From NCBI RefSeq assembly GCF_001194135.2, contig NC_068986.1, positions 30,997,785-31,061,784 on the forward strand: DNA of 64,000 bases, given 5' to 3'. The notes below the pieces were generated by a model. That model was given only the letters and a program-made list of their open reading frames with translations, had not been told where the DNA came from and made no database searches. Numbering within the stretch: the first letter of the stretch is position 1; each line of letters begins with the position of its first letter. The stretch is from Octopus bimaculoides. Lineage: Eukaryota. Shown one piece after another: positions 13,506-26,994 of the stretch. Position numbers and translations under genes: made by a program.

Positions 13506-13583
<78 letters not shown>
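13497..13583. repeat. (GA)n microsatellite
   Basis: About 40 GA units. A shorter (GA)n lies at ~13142-13165, followed by a family A 3' fragment at ~13165-13320(-). Confidence 0.95.
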
Positions 13584-13588
<5 letters not shown>

Positions 13589-14269
13589 AAAAAGAAGAGA
13601 AGGGGAAAGAGGCACACATACATGTTGGATGGGGGTTCTGAGCCATAAAAAGGGGGTTAGAAGCCATTGATCTAATTTAACACTAGTACTTACTTCAATG
13701 AACCGAGACAACTGAAAGTTCCAGGTCAACTTTTGCTGGAACTAAATCCAGATCAATAGGAGAGCAGAAGAAAACTCCAAACCATTAACTCCATATTAAA
13801 CCCAATAAGTTTGTTAGATTTAATCTTTTCATACAGTCAGTTTCTGAGTTTAAGCCAATCTATCTTTAAATTGATCATCTTGCTGTTGTTGCTGCTGTTG
13901 TTTAATTCCAGGTAAAAATTGATTGAGTAAATCTGTGATCGAAGGTATTCTAGCTATTATTATCCCATCTCGTTAGTGGTATTAAAGAATACATACTGCT
14001 AATTTAAGAAGATGAATGTGATTTGAGGAGAATTTGGTTGCTATTTCTAGCAGGCTGAGTTATTGCACAGAGGCTCCCCTCATTAGCTATAACTATTTTG
14101 TTAATGAAGTAATTAAAACATTAGGATTGGTGTGCTGATTAGTTGAACAGGCTATGTAGAATCTCTGTAGTTATCTTTGGAAAAGTTTCTACATTTTTAA
14201 TTTACATTTTAACATTTCCTGTTCATGTATTAAACAACACTGCTNNNNNNNNNNATATATATATATATA

Positions 14270-14680
14270 AAGGCACATGTATGGCTGTGTGGTTATGAAG
14301 TTTGCTTTGCAACCACATGATTTTGAGTTCAGTTCCATTGCATGGCACTGTGGTCTGGTGTCTTGTATCATATCCTTGAACCAACTAATACCTTGTGACT
14401 GAAACTGGTAGAAAGAAACTATGAAGAAGCTCTGCCAAGCATGTGTACATGTGTATCAATTCAGAACATTGTCATTCACATAATCTGACATTGTTTATTT
14501 TCTGCAGTGAACAATATTGGTCTGTAGATTATTGGACATTGAAGAGAAAAAATAGCTTACTTAAAAAAACAAGAGTTTGGCAACAGAAAGACCATCTGGC
14601 CATAGAAAATCTGCCTCAATAACATTTCATTTACCCAATGACAACATGGTAAAATAGATATAAAAATCAATGATTGATAA
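14270..14680 (+). mobile_element. Family A head SINE with RTE-type tail (diverged)
   Basis: Head 'ggctgtgtggttatgaagtttgc…caaccacatg…gagttcagttcc'; tail 'ggcaacagaaagaccatctggccatagaaaatctgcc…'. Confidence 0.7.
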
Positions 14681-15029
14681 TGATATATTATTTTGTTTCA
14701 TTTGATGCCTGTTTTTGCATGCTAACATGGCTTAAACATGAAATCTGTTTCTATTTTATAACTAGCTCACTGAGACTTTGTAGCTGAGTTTTGAAATTAT
14801 GACCAATGAGACAGAAGCATACATTTAGATTTCTCATTCACTGTTTGGAAATTCCTGAAATTATATATCTACTTGAGTATAGTATACAAGAGGTTAGTTA
14901 AATGCAATGGTTAGACATTTTAATAAGCCTCATAAACATTAAACATTGTTTGTTCTAGGTATCCAAAACTTACTCATTAACAGTAAATATAAAATTACAT
15001 GCACATTTACTGATTTGAGCCAGTGTAGC

Positions 15030-15221
15030 CACAGTAGAAGGTTACTGTGTATTTGAGTGGTTAAGAAGTTGCTCCCCAACCATGTAAATTTAATTTCAGT
15101 CCCCTTGCACAGCACCATGTACATGTGTCTTCTACTACAACTCTGGGCTAACCAATTGCCTGTGAGGGAATTTGGTAGAAGGAAACTGAGGGAAGATTGT
15201 CATATGTTATTGCAAACGTGT
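15030..15221 (+). mobile_element. Family A SINE head running into a gap
   Basis: 'gtggttaagaagttgctccccaaccatg…cagtccc…ggtagaaggaaactga'. Confidence 0.7.
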
Positions 15222-15739
15222 NNNNNNNNNNNNNNNNNNNNNNNNNNNNNNNNNNNNNNNNNNNNNNNNNNNNNNNNNNNNNNNNNNNNNNNNNNNNNNN
15301 NNNNNNNNNNNNNNNNNNNNNNNNNNNNNNNNNNNNNNNNNNNNNNNNNNNNNNNNNNNNNNNNNNNNNNNNNNNNNNNNNNNNNNNNNNNNNNNNNNNN
15401 NNNNNNNNNNNNNNNNNNNNNNNNNNNNNNNNNNNNNNNNNNNNNNNNNNNNNNNNNNNNNNNNNNNNNNNNNNNNNNNNNNNNNNNNNNNNNNNNNNNN
15501 NNNNNNNNNNNNNNNNNNNNNNNNNNNNNNNNNNNNNNNNNNNNNNNNNNNNNNNNNNNNNNNNNNNNNNNNNNNNNNNNNNNNNNNNNNNNNNNNNNNN
15601 NNNNNNNNNNNNNNNNNNNNNNNNNNTTTGTAGAGGAATTAAAAAAAAAAACAGAGCTAACAATCATTTGACAGTTGGTCAAGAGTATTCATTCTTTACC
15701 CTTCTGTATGTATTAACTCTCAGGCCACTACTGTGTGAA

Positions 15740-16010
15740 GGGGTACTCTGCTAAAACTGGAATATAAGAGAGTCAAGTTAGTATATGCAGAAATCATTGT
15801 AATGTTGGACTCCCAAAAGAGTGAAGGAGGTCATCGCTTTTCTAAAGGAATCCGAGGGCATGAAAGGAGCAAAGATTAACCAATACAAGCCAGCAGGTAT
15901 GCTGTTTGTCACCTGGGAATGCAAGTCCATACTGTCAGACAGTATCAGTGGGTACTGGACAGATATATCAACTATGGTTCTTGGGATCTTGCTTGGATTG
16001 GACCCCTAAA
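15740..16010 (+). mobile_element. Possible ancient CR1/L2-type LINE 3' remnant
   Basis: One plus frame reads …IRGHE…(stop)…LDRYINYG, resembling the CR1/L2 C-terminal 'TRGH…WN.LP…FK..LD.Y…G'. Weak motif-level similarity only. Confidence 0.3.
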
Positions 16011-16183
16011 AGAATAGAAACTAAAATGAGGTTACAAATAGGTCGAGAAATGGGCTGAGACGAAGCTATCCCTCAAAGAGTGAGGAGAGGTAGTGAATGT
16101 TAGTTATTACTGACTAACTGCCATTTCTTGCTCTAAGTAACGTAATCTATCCAAACTAAATAATGTAGTACTTTTTTCTAAAT

Positions 16184-16460
16184 GAGTGATGCTCAACTGG
16201 GGTCCATATAAGATTTTTGGGAGTCTACGGTAGCAAATTAGTAAATTGGGGATCCACAGCAGTATTCTAAGGTCCACGGAAAGCTTTGATTTAAAAGTGT
16301 GTATTACAAGAAACTGTTAGGTTTCTGAATGTGTGAATAACAAAATAGGAATTTTGAAAGAAGTATCAATAAAATTAATTTTTAAACATCGAATGTCTAT
16401 GGGGGTTCACCAGAATGAAATAGTAAACAAAAGGGTCCATAGATTTTTAAATGGTTGATC
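16184..16460. mobile_element. hAT-like MITE (degenerate ends)
   Basis: Left end gagtgatgctcaac resembles the hAT TIR CAGTGGTTCTCAAC; right end 'aaatggttga' is truncated. About six GGGGTCCA-like subterminal motifs. Isolated hAT-like ends also occur at 13021, ~23866-23878 and ~52283-52296. Confidence 0.55.
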
Positions 16461-17527
16461 TAAACTAATTTTCATTGGAATGATACTTAAATTTTTAATT
16501 ATCTGCTTGTAAATATTTGTTGCCAAAAATTATTGATATAATAAATTTTTTGTAAATTTTCAAGTTCCCTATAAACAGGCACTTCAAAATCAAACCAAAA
16601 TTAGTGTTGATGAGCAATGGCTTCTCAAGTTACAGGAAGACAATTTCTTTAATTGTTATCTCAAGGAATATTCAATTCCATTTCTTGAAGGACACTGATT
16701 AAAAAAAAACAAAGGAGAGGGCTTTAGAATTTATAAAAAGAAACAAACAAAAACCTTGTCACTCAGAGTCTGTAAATTAGCTTTGAGTGAACAGAGGAAG
16801 ATGTGATGTTCAGGGTATTTTTTTTATTCTTCTTCCATTTCTCAAAATATATGAGTAACATATAGTGAATGTATACCAATCAGAAGCTGAGACATGTAGC
16901 AGGCTGAATTTTTCAAAAGCCTAAACATTATTTCATGATGCATATCTTAGCAACAATAATCTTTTCGAGCTGAAAGTGTCAGCACTCAGTCACTTAACTT
17001 GACCGACTGATCACTCAAATCATACTGTCACAATAAAAAAAAAAACGAAGACCACATTGGATAATGTAGTCTCTGGTGCACTGTGCATAGGAAAAAGATG
17101 AGATAGTCATGGCTGGGACATCTTTGATCCTGGGTCTGAACTGCGAGTTAAACCAACAATTATCATTTCTATATCTGTCACATGGGCATAATAAAAGATA
17201 GAAAAGACAGGAGAGAACATTTTATATATATACAGACAGAATAATATAATATCAATTTCTTTCATAGGAACATGGCTAGAAATTTGGTGAAAGTTAAGAG
17301 TTGATAACATCATCGTCGTCGTTTATCTAATTCACTGCCTTAACAATAATCTATAACATTTTTATGCTATGGTCTATGTACATAATGCTATGGAACAAAA
17401 TTAAAGATAATATGTTATGTACATCTATACTGTTTGTATGATAATTTGACTATTAAAATACGAAATAAGATCAACAAAATAATCTAAGACAACTGACTGA
17501 TGAGAGAGAGATAGTTACTGATATCAA

Positions 17528-17762
17528 CATCATTGCCGTTTAACGTCCGCTTTCCATGCTAGCATAGGTTGGACGATTTGACTGAGGACTGGTGAAACCG
17601 GATGGCTACACCAGGCTCCAATCTGATTTGGCAGAGTTTCTACAGCTGGATGCCCCTCCTAACACCAACCACTCCAAGAGTGTAGTGGGAGCTTTTATGT
17701 GCCACAGGCACGAAGGCCAGTCAGGCAGTACTGGCAACGGCCATGCTCAAAATGGTGTATTT
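17528..17762 (-). mobile_element. Well-preserved RTE-type LINE 3' end / tail
   Basis: 'cgtttaacgtccgctttccatgctagc…tttctacagctggatgccc..cctaacaccaaccac'. The same sequence forms the tail of many SINEs in the window. CpG-rich, so probably young. Confidence 0.75.
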
Positions 17763-18660
17763 TCTCTCTCAAAATCTACAGCTCAGTGAGACAGCTACTG
17801 TAATTTATTCACCGGGCAAGTGGATACAAGCCCAGCTTTATGCACTTTTCTCTAATACAAAAATGAGAATGTAGTACAGCATATTAAGATTTGTTAAAGT
17901 TTTGTTTACTTTTTGAAGTCAGGGTAAATTTGACAAACAACTTTCCAGGCAGAAAATGCAACCAGTATATAACAAAGAATATAGTTTTTCAAGGATGTCT
18001 CCTTAGACTGCACCTTCAATACTACTTATGAAACTTTACATCATCTCAGGAATGAAGACACTCCAGAATGAATATAATTTCAAAAGAAATTATGTATTTC
18101 ATGGTTCTCTATAAAGTTGCGATGATGTTATAGTTTTCAAAATAACCATGGAATCTCCATGGATACTGTTAGTAATAATAACACTTAACACATTGTAATT
18201 TACTTGAAATACTGCCATTTCAGCTTAGAAATAAGAAGGCAGTAAAAGCCAATAAAGTTAGAGAAAAACCATGAATTTATTTAATATTTCAGCTTTAACA
18301 AGCTCTAATTTAGGAATGAATAATTTGAAATGAGAAGTAAACTGTAACCAATACCAAATCCATTTGGACAAATGCAGAGAAGCACAATGAGGCAAGGATA
18401 GGCAGGGTTTAATACTCAAATCAATCAATAAACTGCTGAAGATTTTGGTAAAATCCATAGTTTCAGTATTATGGTTGCTGTGGAGATACTAATGTAAGAT
18501 CTCTTACATGTTATACATTTAATAGAGTACACCATAGAGTATACTGTAGAAGCTATGAAACCTCTCTCAACAATTAATATTCCAAATTGCAGGCACACAT
18601 TCTTGCAATGCTGTATATCTTTATACATGCTTCAATGGTTTCATTTACATTTTACTCTAT

Positions 18661-19050
18661 AGGCGCAGGAGTGGCTGTGTGGTAAGTAGCTTGCTTACCA
18701 ACCACATGGTTCTGGGTTCAGTACCACTGCGTGGCACCTTGGGCAAGTGTCTTCTACTATAGCCTCGGGCTGACCAAAGTCTTGTGAGTGGATTTGGTAG
18801 ACGGAAACTGAAAGAAGCCCGTCGTATGTGTATATATGTGTGTTTGTGTGTCTGTGTCCCCCCCCCCCAACATCGCTTGACAACTGATACTGGTGTGTTT
18901 ATGTCCCCGTAATTTAGCGGTTCAGCAAAAGAAACCAATAGAATAAGTACTAGGCTTACAAAGAATAAGTCCTGGGGTCGATTTGCTCGACTAAAGGCAG
19001 TGCTCCAGCATGGCCACAGTCAAATGACTGAAACAAGTAAAAGAGTAAAG
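18661..19050 (+). mobile_element. Young full-length tRNA-derived SINE, family A
   Basis: Pol III A-box-like TGGCTGTGTGG (18672-18682) and B-box-like GGTTCAGTACC (~18715-18725), internal (TG)n, tail aagtaaaagagtaaagagt. Close copies at 9549-9985(-) and 57918-58310(+). Confidence 0.9.
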
Positions 19051-22000
19051 AGTATAATTCAAATTTTTCAATGAAATTTTAGGGTTTAAAACGAAAATAA
19101 GGAATAAACTTACTTTCCTTTGTCATCTTTCTCTCTAAATAACACCATTTTGCTCAAATGCTGACAAGCAAAGCCAAGGAATCTCAACATTTGCTATTAA
19201 CACATAGACACATGTGATGGGCTTCCATAGTTTCCAAAATTCCCTCACAAGACATTGGGTGGCCCAGGGTTATCATAAGATATTTTTACTGAAAGGGCCA
19301 CACAATGGAACCCAAAACCATACAGGCATACCTACACCTTAAGTTATGAAACATATTCCTCTTTTCACTAGTTTTAGTCACTGGTCAAACTACCACCAAG
19401 CTGGAGTGCCTCTTTCAAAAGGATGGTCGATTATATCAACCCCAGTATTTCTAAAGCAATATTAACTTCATCGACCTCACAAGTAAGATAGGCAAAGTTG
19501 ATCTGGAATAGATTCAAAGACAGAACACTTCGTTTGACGCACTACCAATTCTACTGTTATCTACTTTCTATGAAAATATTTATTCCACTGGTTTAAAAAG
19601 TACAACCAACAAAACGAAAAGAAAAAAAAATTAAACCATTGACCCCATGTTATTGTTGCAGCTATCTATTTACAGTACAATAAGGTTTCCGTCTAAAACG
19701 TGAAGTGCTTCTCATTCAAACATTATATTTATTTTAATGAAATCAAATATATGCAGCACTCTAGATTTTGCCAGTTAAATTTATTATCCTAAATATCTCA
19801 TATTTCAATTACTTGAAACAGAAGCCAGAACAAAGTAAACGGAAACAGAGTCTACTGTGCAAATTTTATAATGAATTGGTTTTGTTAGATTCCTCAGAGA
19901 GGCAAGAAGTTGAAATTTATAGGAAAGGGGAATGAACTTTTGCATAAGCAAGATGCTTCCTATTTATAGGGGAAGGGAAATATAGAGTTGTGATGCCAAT
20001 GCTTTCTACAAGAATGCTAAGAGTGTTGAATTAGCAGAAATGATAGAGCATCAGACAAAATACTTTTAGGTATTTAGTTACATCTCTTAAGACTTTCTCA
20101 GTTGAGCATTCAGAAGTCAACAAAAATGCAATACCAGTCAAGTACTGAAGTCAACGTAATGGTGTACATCAACAAAATTGGTGGTGTTGCACCAATGTTA
20201 GAAATAAATATCAATTGTAAGGGCAGAATCTCACATATGTAATGCAGTATGCTGAAAAATTGACATCGACTGAGTTTATCCAAGCAATTAACAAACAAAA
20301 AATCCTTCAACTTGTGCTTAAAATCTAACAATAAAAAAGACAATGCAGACTGGGGTGGATTCACTTCAATTTTGATCAACTAATCTTAATCTCTTTTACT
20401 AGCATATTAAAAAAAAAAAAGATTTTTGGTTTTAAATACTCTTGTAGGAAAATTCTTTTCTACTAATACTATGAATTACCTCAGTTGATCAAATATTTCT
20501 TACTCACTATATTATATAAGTGAAACCCACTGTGTTTCTATTTAGTATGTGGGATATGTAAGTGAGACATGTTTCCAAATAAGAACTGATTCACATCATG
20601 ATGATCTATCCAACTCATACCAGCATAGAAAACAGACAGGTGTTGGTGGCGGTGTTGATCATCATCATCATCATCATCATTGCTGAAGTATTTTTTCTCT
20701 AGTTAAATAAATAATGATTCTAGCTGGGAATTGAAACAGGGTTGCAAATTCAATTTAAAGCTAAAGTGGTTGTTGTCACAATCATAATAACAATACTGTT
20801 TCTTACATAAACAAGAAGATTCAGATTTAAGATAATGGAGTAGGATATTGTGGCAGTCATACATGTTTGAAAAGCAACAGTCAAGTAGTGAAAAATGGTT
20901 GACTCTAACAGGAAATCAAGTTCAGGTTGCAGACTTGTTTTATCAAAAACTTGCCCCTGCAGCTATTTATTTATTTATTTTATTTTTTTATTTTTTCAGA
21001 GAGAGGCTCCAGAAGTTTTAGTTCAAGTAGCAATATGATTTTGATATGATTGGGTGGAGGAGTTATCTAGACAGACGACCTTACTTCATGAGAAATGTCA
21101 GATATTCTGAATAAAAGATCAGATTCCCTGGTTTGATTTTGATCATTGATATCAACTAATGTGCCAAGCACACACATACAAACAGAAAACATTCTATATA
21201 CATATAATCTTAAAAAGGAATGTTTACAGCCTGAACTATTAAAATTCTTTTCTCTCGATTCCATTTTCTATCAATCAATCTTCCTTTATTAAAAATATAT
21301 CAAGACCCTTCCAGAACGACATGAAACTCAAGCTAAGACTCTTTCTTTCTCTCCTTTTTTATTGACCAGTTTAATAGAAGATGAAAGTCACAATTTTAAC
21401 TTGATTTACCATATACTTGCCTCTGCAGCTGCACTGCTTTTAGAGACTGACCACCTTGTGCTTTGATGGATTTATTGGAATTAACTTTATTGCAAGCATT
21501 TGGACCAGATCCCTAGTTTCTGTCTCACCTATGTTAAGTTAAATTTCCTTAGCTGTCCTGTTCTTCTATAAAAGTAAAATGAGAGGGAAGCTCTAACATC
21601 TTTATAGAATTGAAAACATAAATTGGTTACAAAGGATCAAGAATGTTCTAATGCTTCATACTTAGAGGTTTCTGTTTCTTTATAAAATGAAAATGCACAC
21701 ATCACCATCTTCTATTAACGGTTTCATTTCACCAGGCTTCAACAAAATGAAACAAATAAACATGACTGATGAAATCTGGGATATAAAAAATTCGATAACA
21801 ATAATATTTAGCAGAAGGCTAAAAATATCATGTTGTTTTCGTAAAGTTATTATTATTTTTTTGATTTTCTTTTTATCTTTTTTGGCACAACCAATTATAT
21901 TAATTGAAAATTATATAATGAAGAAATAAAAAGAAAAAAAATGACTCATAACAACATGTTTTGAGAAATAAATGGTTGTTGAACTCTAACAGCATGTTTA

Positions 22001-24739
22001 AAGGTTAGGTGGTTAACTACAATTGGCAAAATAAGATTCAATCTTATAAACAACATCTAGACATTCAAATTAGCTGAGATTGAGCCAATGCAGGAGTGTC
22101 TACATGATTGCTTGGCCAGCTAAATTGCAGCTAAATCTTCCTCAAAATCTCATCCCACCTTGGGTTTTTTTTTTTTTTTTTTTGTTTAAAAGAAGAAAAC
22201 ATTGAATAATTGGTACACAACGCTTGAAAAATGATGGGATGGTCATGGCTGAAAGGCTTTTGATCTTTGGTCTGTTAGAGCCAGACAGACCTGATTCTAA
22301 ACAACAACAACTGACCAGAAATAAAGCACTGAATCTTGATCAAAAACATGTACTTCTAAAATACATTAGTTCTCTGTGAGAGCTGTTGAAATGAACACTA
22401 GGCAAAGTAAGAGATAATTACTCTATCAAAAATTTATAAAAAGACATTCCATTTTTTTACCTACTTCCCTAATTACCTGAGCTTTCACTCTTTTTCCTCC
22501 CACCTCACTTTCACTTGTCAACATCAACTATTGTCAAATACATGTGTATTTCAGAGATGTGGAATAATAAACACAAGCAAATTAGTTGACAATAAACAGT
22601 TAAAAGAGATGATCAAATGACAAATGCGACAAATAATGAATTTTGTAATTTAATAAGAGAATTCCAGGAAGAATTTTTAGATAAAGCTCAATAAGTAGAG
22701 AACAGAAAACAAGACTTTGTTTATGAAGTAAAGCATCACATGACCTCTGTTAATAAATTTAGAGCAGGATACTTTTTACCATGTAGTCACTTATGATGGT
22801 GATGATGATGGTAAAGAAGAAGAAGAAGAAGAAGACTAATTCACATGCATTTCAATAACTAGTATAAAGTTGGATGCTAGTAACACTTCATGTGTAAAAA
22901 TATTTCTATTTTAAAAATAAACATTAATGACTTACAGATGTACAAATACATGCATGCCAGATTTTTACTCCTCTAAGTAGGTATATTTATAAATTAAACA
23001 CACATACAAAAAAAAAAGAAAACTATTTCTAAGGCTGTCAATATACTTTTGAATTGCTTCCTTCTGCCCATTAAATCAATCACCATCCCATTTCTATTTC
23101 ACCATGTCGTCATGTGATGAATGAACGTTCAAACTTACAATATTTTTAATTATTATTTCAAAATAAATGTATATAAAAAGTGTGCCAGCAATTAACTAAT
23201 TACAGACTAAATTCTCTTCATATTGATCAATCAAAATAGAGTACACTTTGAACCAGATTGAATGTTAGTGCTTGTACAAGAAGAATAATAGTGTTAGCTG
23301 TTAATTGTGTGCTATTATCAATCAAATTAACCAAGCAATTTGACATTAAGAATATAACAGAGCCAACAAAGACTTCTAACAACTTTAATGAAGACTGAAA
23401 CAATTGTCTTCAGAATTTGTCAACTATTGAATTTACATTTATTGAATCTCATCTTTAAACAGGTTCTCAGTCAAAGATAGTATTCTCAGTAAATTAAAAT
23501 GATTCAAATAGACAATGAAAAAGAAAACAATTCTTCTTTTAAAAAAACTTTAACTCATTTCTTTAGTTTCTCTGCTTTAACAATGTATTACATATTCAAT
23601 CATGGCTTAGAAAAGAAATTGAAAATTCTAAGTATGGAATTTATGACATTCTCAAAGACGTCATTATGTACGGCAGTGTTTATCAGAAGGTTTGGAGAGA
23701 GGGCAGGGGTGCGAGTGTTGAGAGGAGGCAAATCAAATTGCCATGTTTGATAAAATTGATGAAGAAAGCATAATAATATAGATGTCAAATATCTTTTGTC
23801 TTCTCATTAATGATGGTGTGTGTGTGTGTGTGTGTGTTTGCGTGAGGAACTGGCAATAGTCAGCTTGAGAACCACTGATACACTGGACCAGTATAAAGTA
23901 TATGAGATCAATTGTCTATAGATAGGATGCTGAGAGAGAGGGGTGTGTGCACAGACAGAGCAAACTATTTCTCAATCATCAGTCCAATCAATCAGGCATC
24001 TTATCAATGTACTGCAATACTTGAACTTATTTCAAGCTAGATGAAATAAAACAAAATAAAGCCATGCATGTATACATGTATTTGTACATCATAACAGCTA
24101 TATAAAATTAAATCAACATAACACTTGAGCTTATTTTATTTTATTAGTTTTTATTATTTTACAAATTACTACTCACTCAACTGTGGAACGTGAATGGCTT
24201 ATCTATGTTTATGTGAAATTAAAGAAGCAATGTTTTATTTACCTTGAGCCAGAGCACAGTTGTTAGAGAAAAGAGTGAACTAATGATTATTTGGTCACTA
24301 CTACCTTGCCTTGTTTTGAACTTTAATTAATCAAGCCAACAAGAGAACCTCTACATGATTGCGTAACCTGTAAGAAATAACAACCAAGTCTCCTCCTAAT
24401 CTCATTCTACCATTTCAAAAAAAAAAAACATATTGGATAATATGATTATAAATATCTGATGCCTGAAATTAAAATGAGATGGTCATGGTTGGAACGCTTT
24501 TTATCATATGTCACCATGATTGGAGTTGACTGTTATGCAACTTCACAGATTCAAGCTTGGGCAAGCGTCTTCTACAATAATCTCAGATTGATCAATGCCT
24601 TCTGGGAGAAAGATGGTAGACTGTATAGAGGGCCTGTGTGTGTGTGTGTGTGCGTGTGTGTGTGTGTGTGTGCGCGCGTGCGCACACTTGTTTGTTTCTG
24701 CATGTGTTTGCATTGATACTGCTAAGGCAACAATGACAT

Positions 24740-25140
24740 TTACAACCCACATACAATAAGAGCAGCAAAATAGATTTGAGTCAACAGGCTCAGGACATAT
24801 TGAACCTGCAGGACATGCAAAGACCAGTGCAAACTGGAAACATGAGCTGGCATCAGGAAGGGCATCTACTATAGGAGACTCCCTCAAGCAGTCGTGCCCA
24901 GCATGGAAAAAGTGCACATAAAAACAATGATGATGTCACCATCATCATTGTTAAAGAAACTAAACAATCTGAGCCATGAAATCATAAGAATATTTGCGGT
25001 TTCAGGAATATATTTCTCAATTGCATGTTCTAGGTTTGATCCCATGACACAGCACCTTGGGCAAGTGCATTCTACTTTAGCCATGTGTTTAGAATTTGGT
25101 AGAGAGGAAGTTGTGTGGAAGCCCAATGCATATATGTGTT
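24740..25140 (+). mobile_element. RTE-type SINE tail (~24740-24950) followed by a family A head (~24990-25140)
   Basis: 'ggcatcaggaagggcatcta…cagcatggaaaaagtgcacataaaaacaatgatgatg', then 'cagcaccttgggcaagtg…ggtagagaggaag'. Confidence 0.6.
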
Positions 25141-25913
25141 TGAGTACATACCTTAGTATTTCTTAGTGTATTGAATTGCATTCCTTTATGCAGAAAAAAT
25201 AAAATTACTATAACTGAGCAGTTCAATAAACAGAGATGGATAACATAAGTATTAGACTGAAAAAAGTATGAGGTCAAGCATGATTGACTAAACTCTTCAT
25301 GACAGTGTCCCAGGATGGCAACAGCCCGATCACTGAAATCCATAAAAGAGTTAAACAATATTGACTGGCTCCCTAATATACCAGACATTTCTTTAATTCC
25401 AAACGAGGCTATCAAAATACTAACTTTGAATATTAGGTTATCAGGAAAGGTTTTTTTTTTCTTTTCTTTTTTAGAGGGGGAAAAAAGGTCAAACTAGTTC
25501 TACAGCTGGAAGTAATAAAAATACCCCAGGAATTAGTGCAACGCAAACAATTGGCGGGTAGATCAAGACAATTTATGCAAAACAGAAATAAGAAGAAAGA
25601 AAAGAAAAAAAGATTCCTGATACTGCATGTGAATCAAGTATTATGTGATAGCCTACACAGATATCCAATATCTAGTTCAGTGCCTGTAAAGAAGTCAAGA
25701 GCTACAGTATTCTTAAACAACTAAAATGAAATTAAGAAAAATGATATTTTCACAATTTTGGCAGCAACAACTAAAAAATTTTTTTTTTCCTTCTGAATTT
25801 ATTCTAAATCAAATTGGTGAGATATACGATGCTTTTTATCAACTATATTTAACATGTCTTTAACAAAGAAGTCTATTAGGAATGAGATTTCAGAATAGAA
25901 GAGCAAACATCTT

Positions 25914-25914
25914 C

Positions 25915-26004
<90 letters not shown>

Positions 26005-26880
26005 TTCAAATTTTGGCACAAGGCCAGCAAATTCAGAGAAGGGAATGAGTCAATGGTACTTATTTTAGCAACCCTGAAAGAATGAATGGCAAAGTTGACC
26101 TCAGCAGAATTTGAACTCAGAATGTAAAGATGGACGAAATGCTGCTAAGCATTTTGCCTGGCGTGCTAACGATTCTGTCAGCTCGCCACCTTATCAATAA
26201 TAATAATAATAATAATAATAATGATGATGATGATGGCTTCTGATTTAGGTATAAGGCCAGCTATTTTGAGAGAGGGTTGTTACTACTGACTCCAGTATTT
26301 GATGGTAATTTATTTTCGCCAATGCGAGAGGAACAAATGATAATGTTGACCTGAACAGGATTTGAACTCAGTATGTAAAGAATTGGAAAAAGTACAGCAA
26401 AATATTATACAGCATTCTAATGATATACATCCTTAAAAACAATAATTCGTTTTAATTTAGGAACAAGGATAGAAATTTTTAAGGGTGGGGGTTACTTGAT
26501 TACATTGACTTGGGTATTTCTCTACTAATTCATTTTATTAACCCTGGAGGGATAAAAGACAAAGTTGACCTTGGTGGGATTTGAACTTAGAATGTAAATA
26601 CCTTGCATTTTTTTCCAACACCCGAATGATTCTGCCAAGTCATTCCTCTAAGAATAATAATCGCAATAATGGTTACTGTCTTAGTTAGGCACTAAGTTAG
26701 CCAGCAATTTTTGGGGTGAGGTGAGGTGATTAACTAAATGCTACTGACCCCAGCACTTGACCCCAACACAGGCAGGGTGAAAGGCAAAACTGACCTAGGC
26801 AGGAAGTGAACACATAACTTAAAGAGTCAGAAGAAATGCTGCAAAGCATTCTGCCCGTGCTAATGATTCTGTCAATTCAT
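25914..26880 (-). mobile_element. Head-to-tail array of ~4 family C SINEs separated by (AAT)n
   Basis: Repeated 'caaggccagcaattt…ggcaaagttgacctc…atttgaactcagaatgtaaag…gctaacgattctg' at ~26003-26192, 26238-26425, 26445-26625 and 26680-26880. (AAT)~29 at 25914-26002. Confidence 0.85.
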
Positions 26881-26904
26881 TGCAGCAGCACCAGCACCAG
26901 CACC

Positions 26905-26990
<86 letters not shown>
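26880..26990. repeat. Compound trinucleotide microsatellite GCA-CCA-CTA-TAA
   Basis: Seen directly in the sequence. Confidence 0.95.

Positions 26991-26994
<4 letters not shown>

Noticed and set aside
15913-16005. 93-nt minus-strand in-frame exon candidate (GSNPSKIPRTIVDISVQYPLILSDSMDLHSQ)
   Set aside because: The acceptor is strong but the donor is mediocre, the peptide is unrecognised, and the region may be a CR1/L2 remnant on the other strand.
18661-18740. tRNA gene
   Set aside because: The A/B boxes belong to SINE heads; there is no cloverleaf, acceptor stem or poly-T terminator.
20110-20379. 89-aa hydrophobic minus-strand ORF
   Set aside because: No recognisable family. T-rich antisense frames give hydrophobic peptides, and several ORFs this long are expected by chance.
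21085-21155. Exon candidate DINDQNQTRESDLLFRISDISHE with a cadherin-like DIND motif
   Set aside because: It lacks the DxNDNxPxF consensus and the rest of a cadherin repeat; splice-site pairs like this arise by chance.
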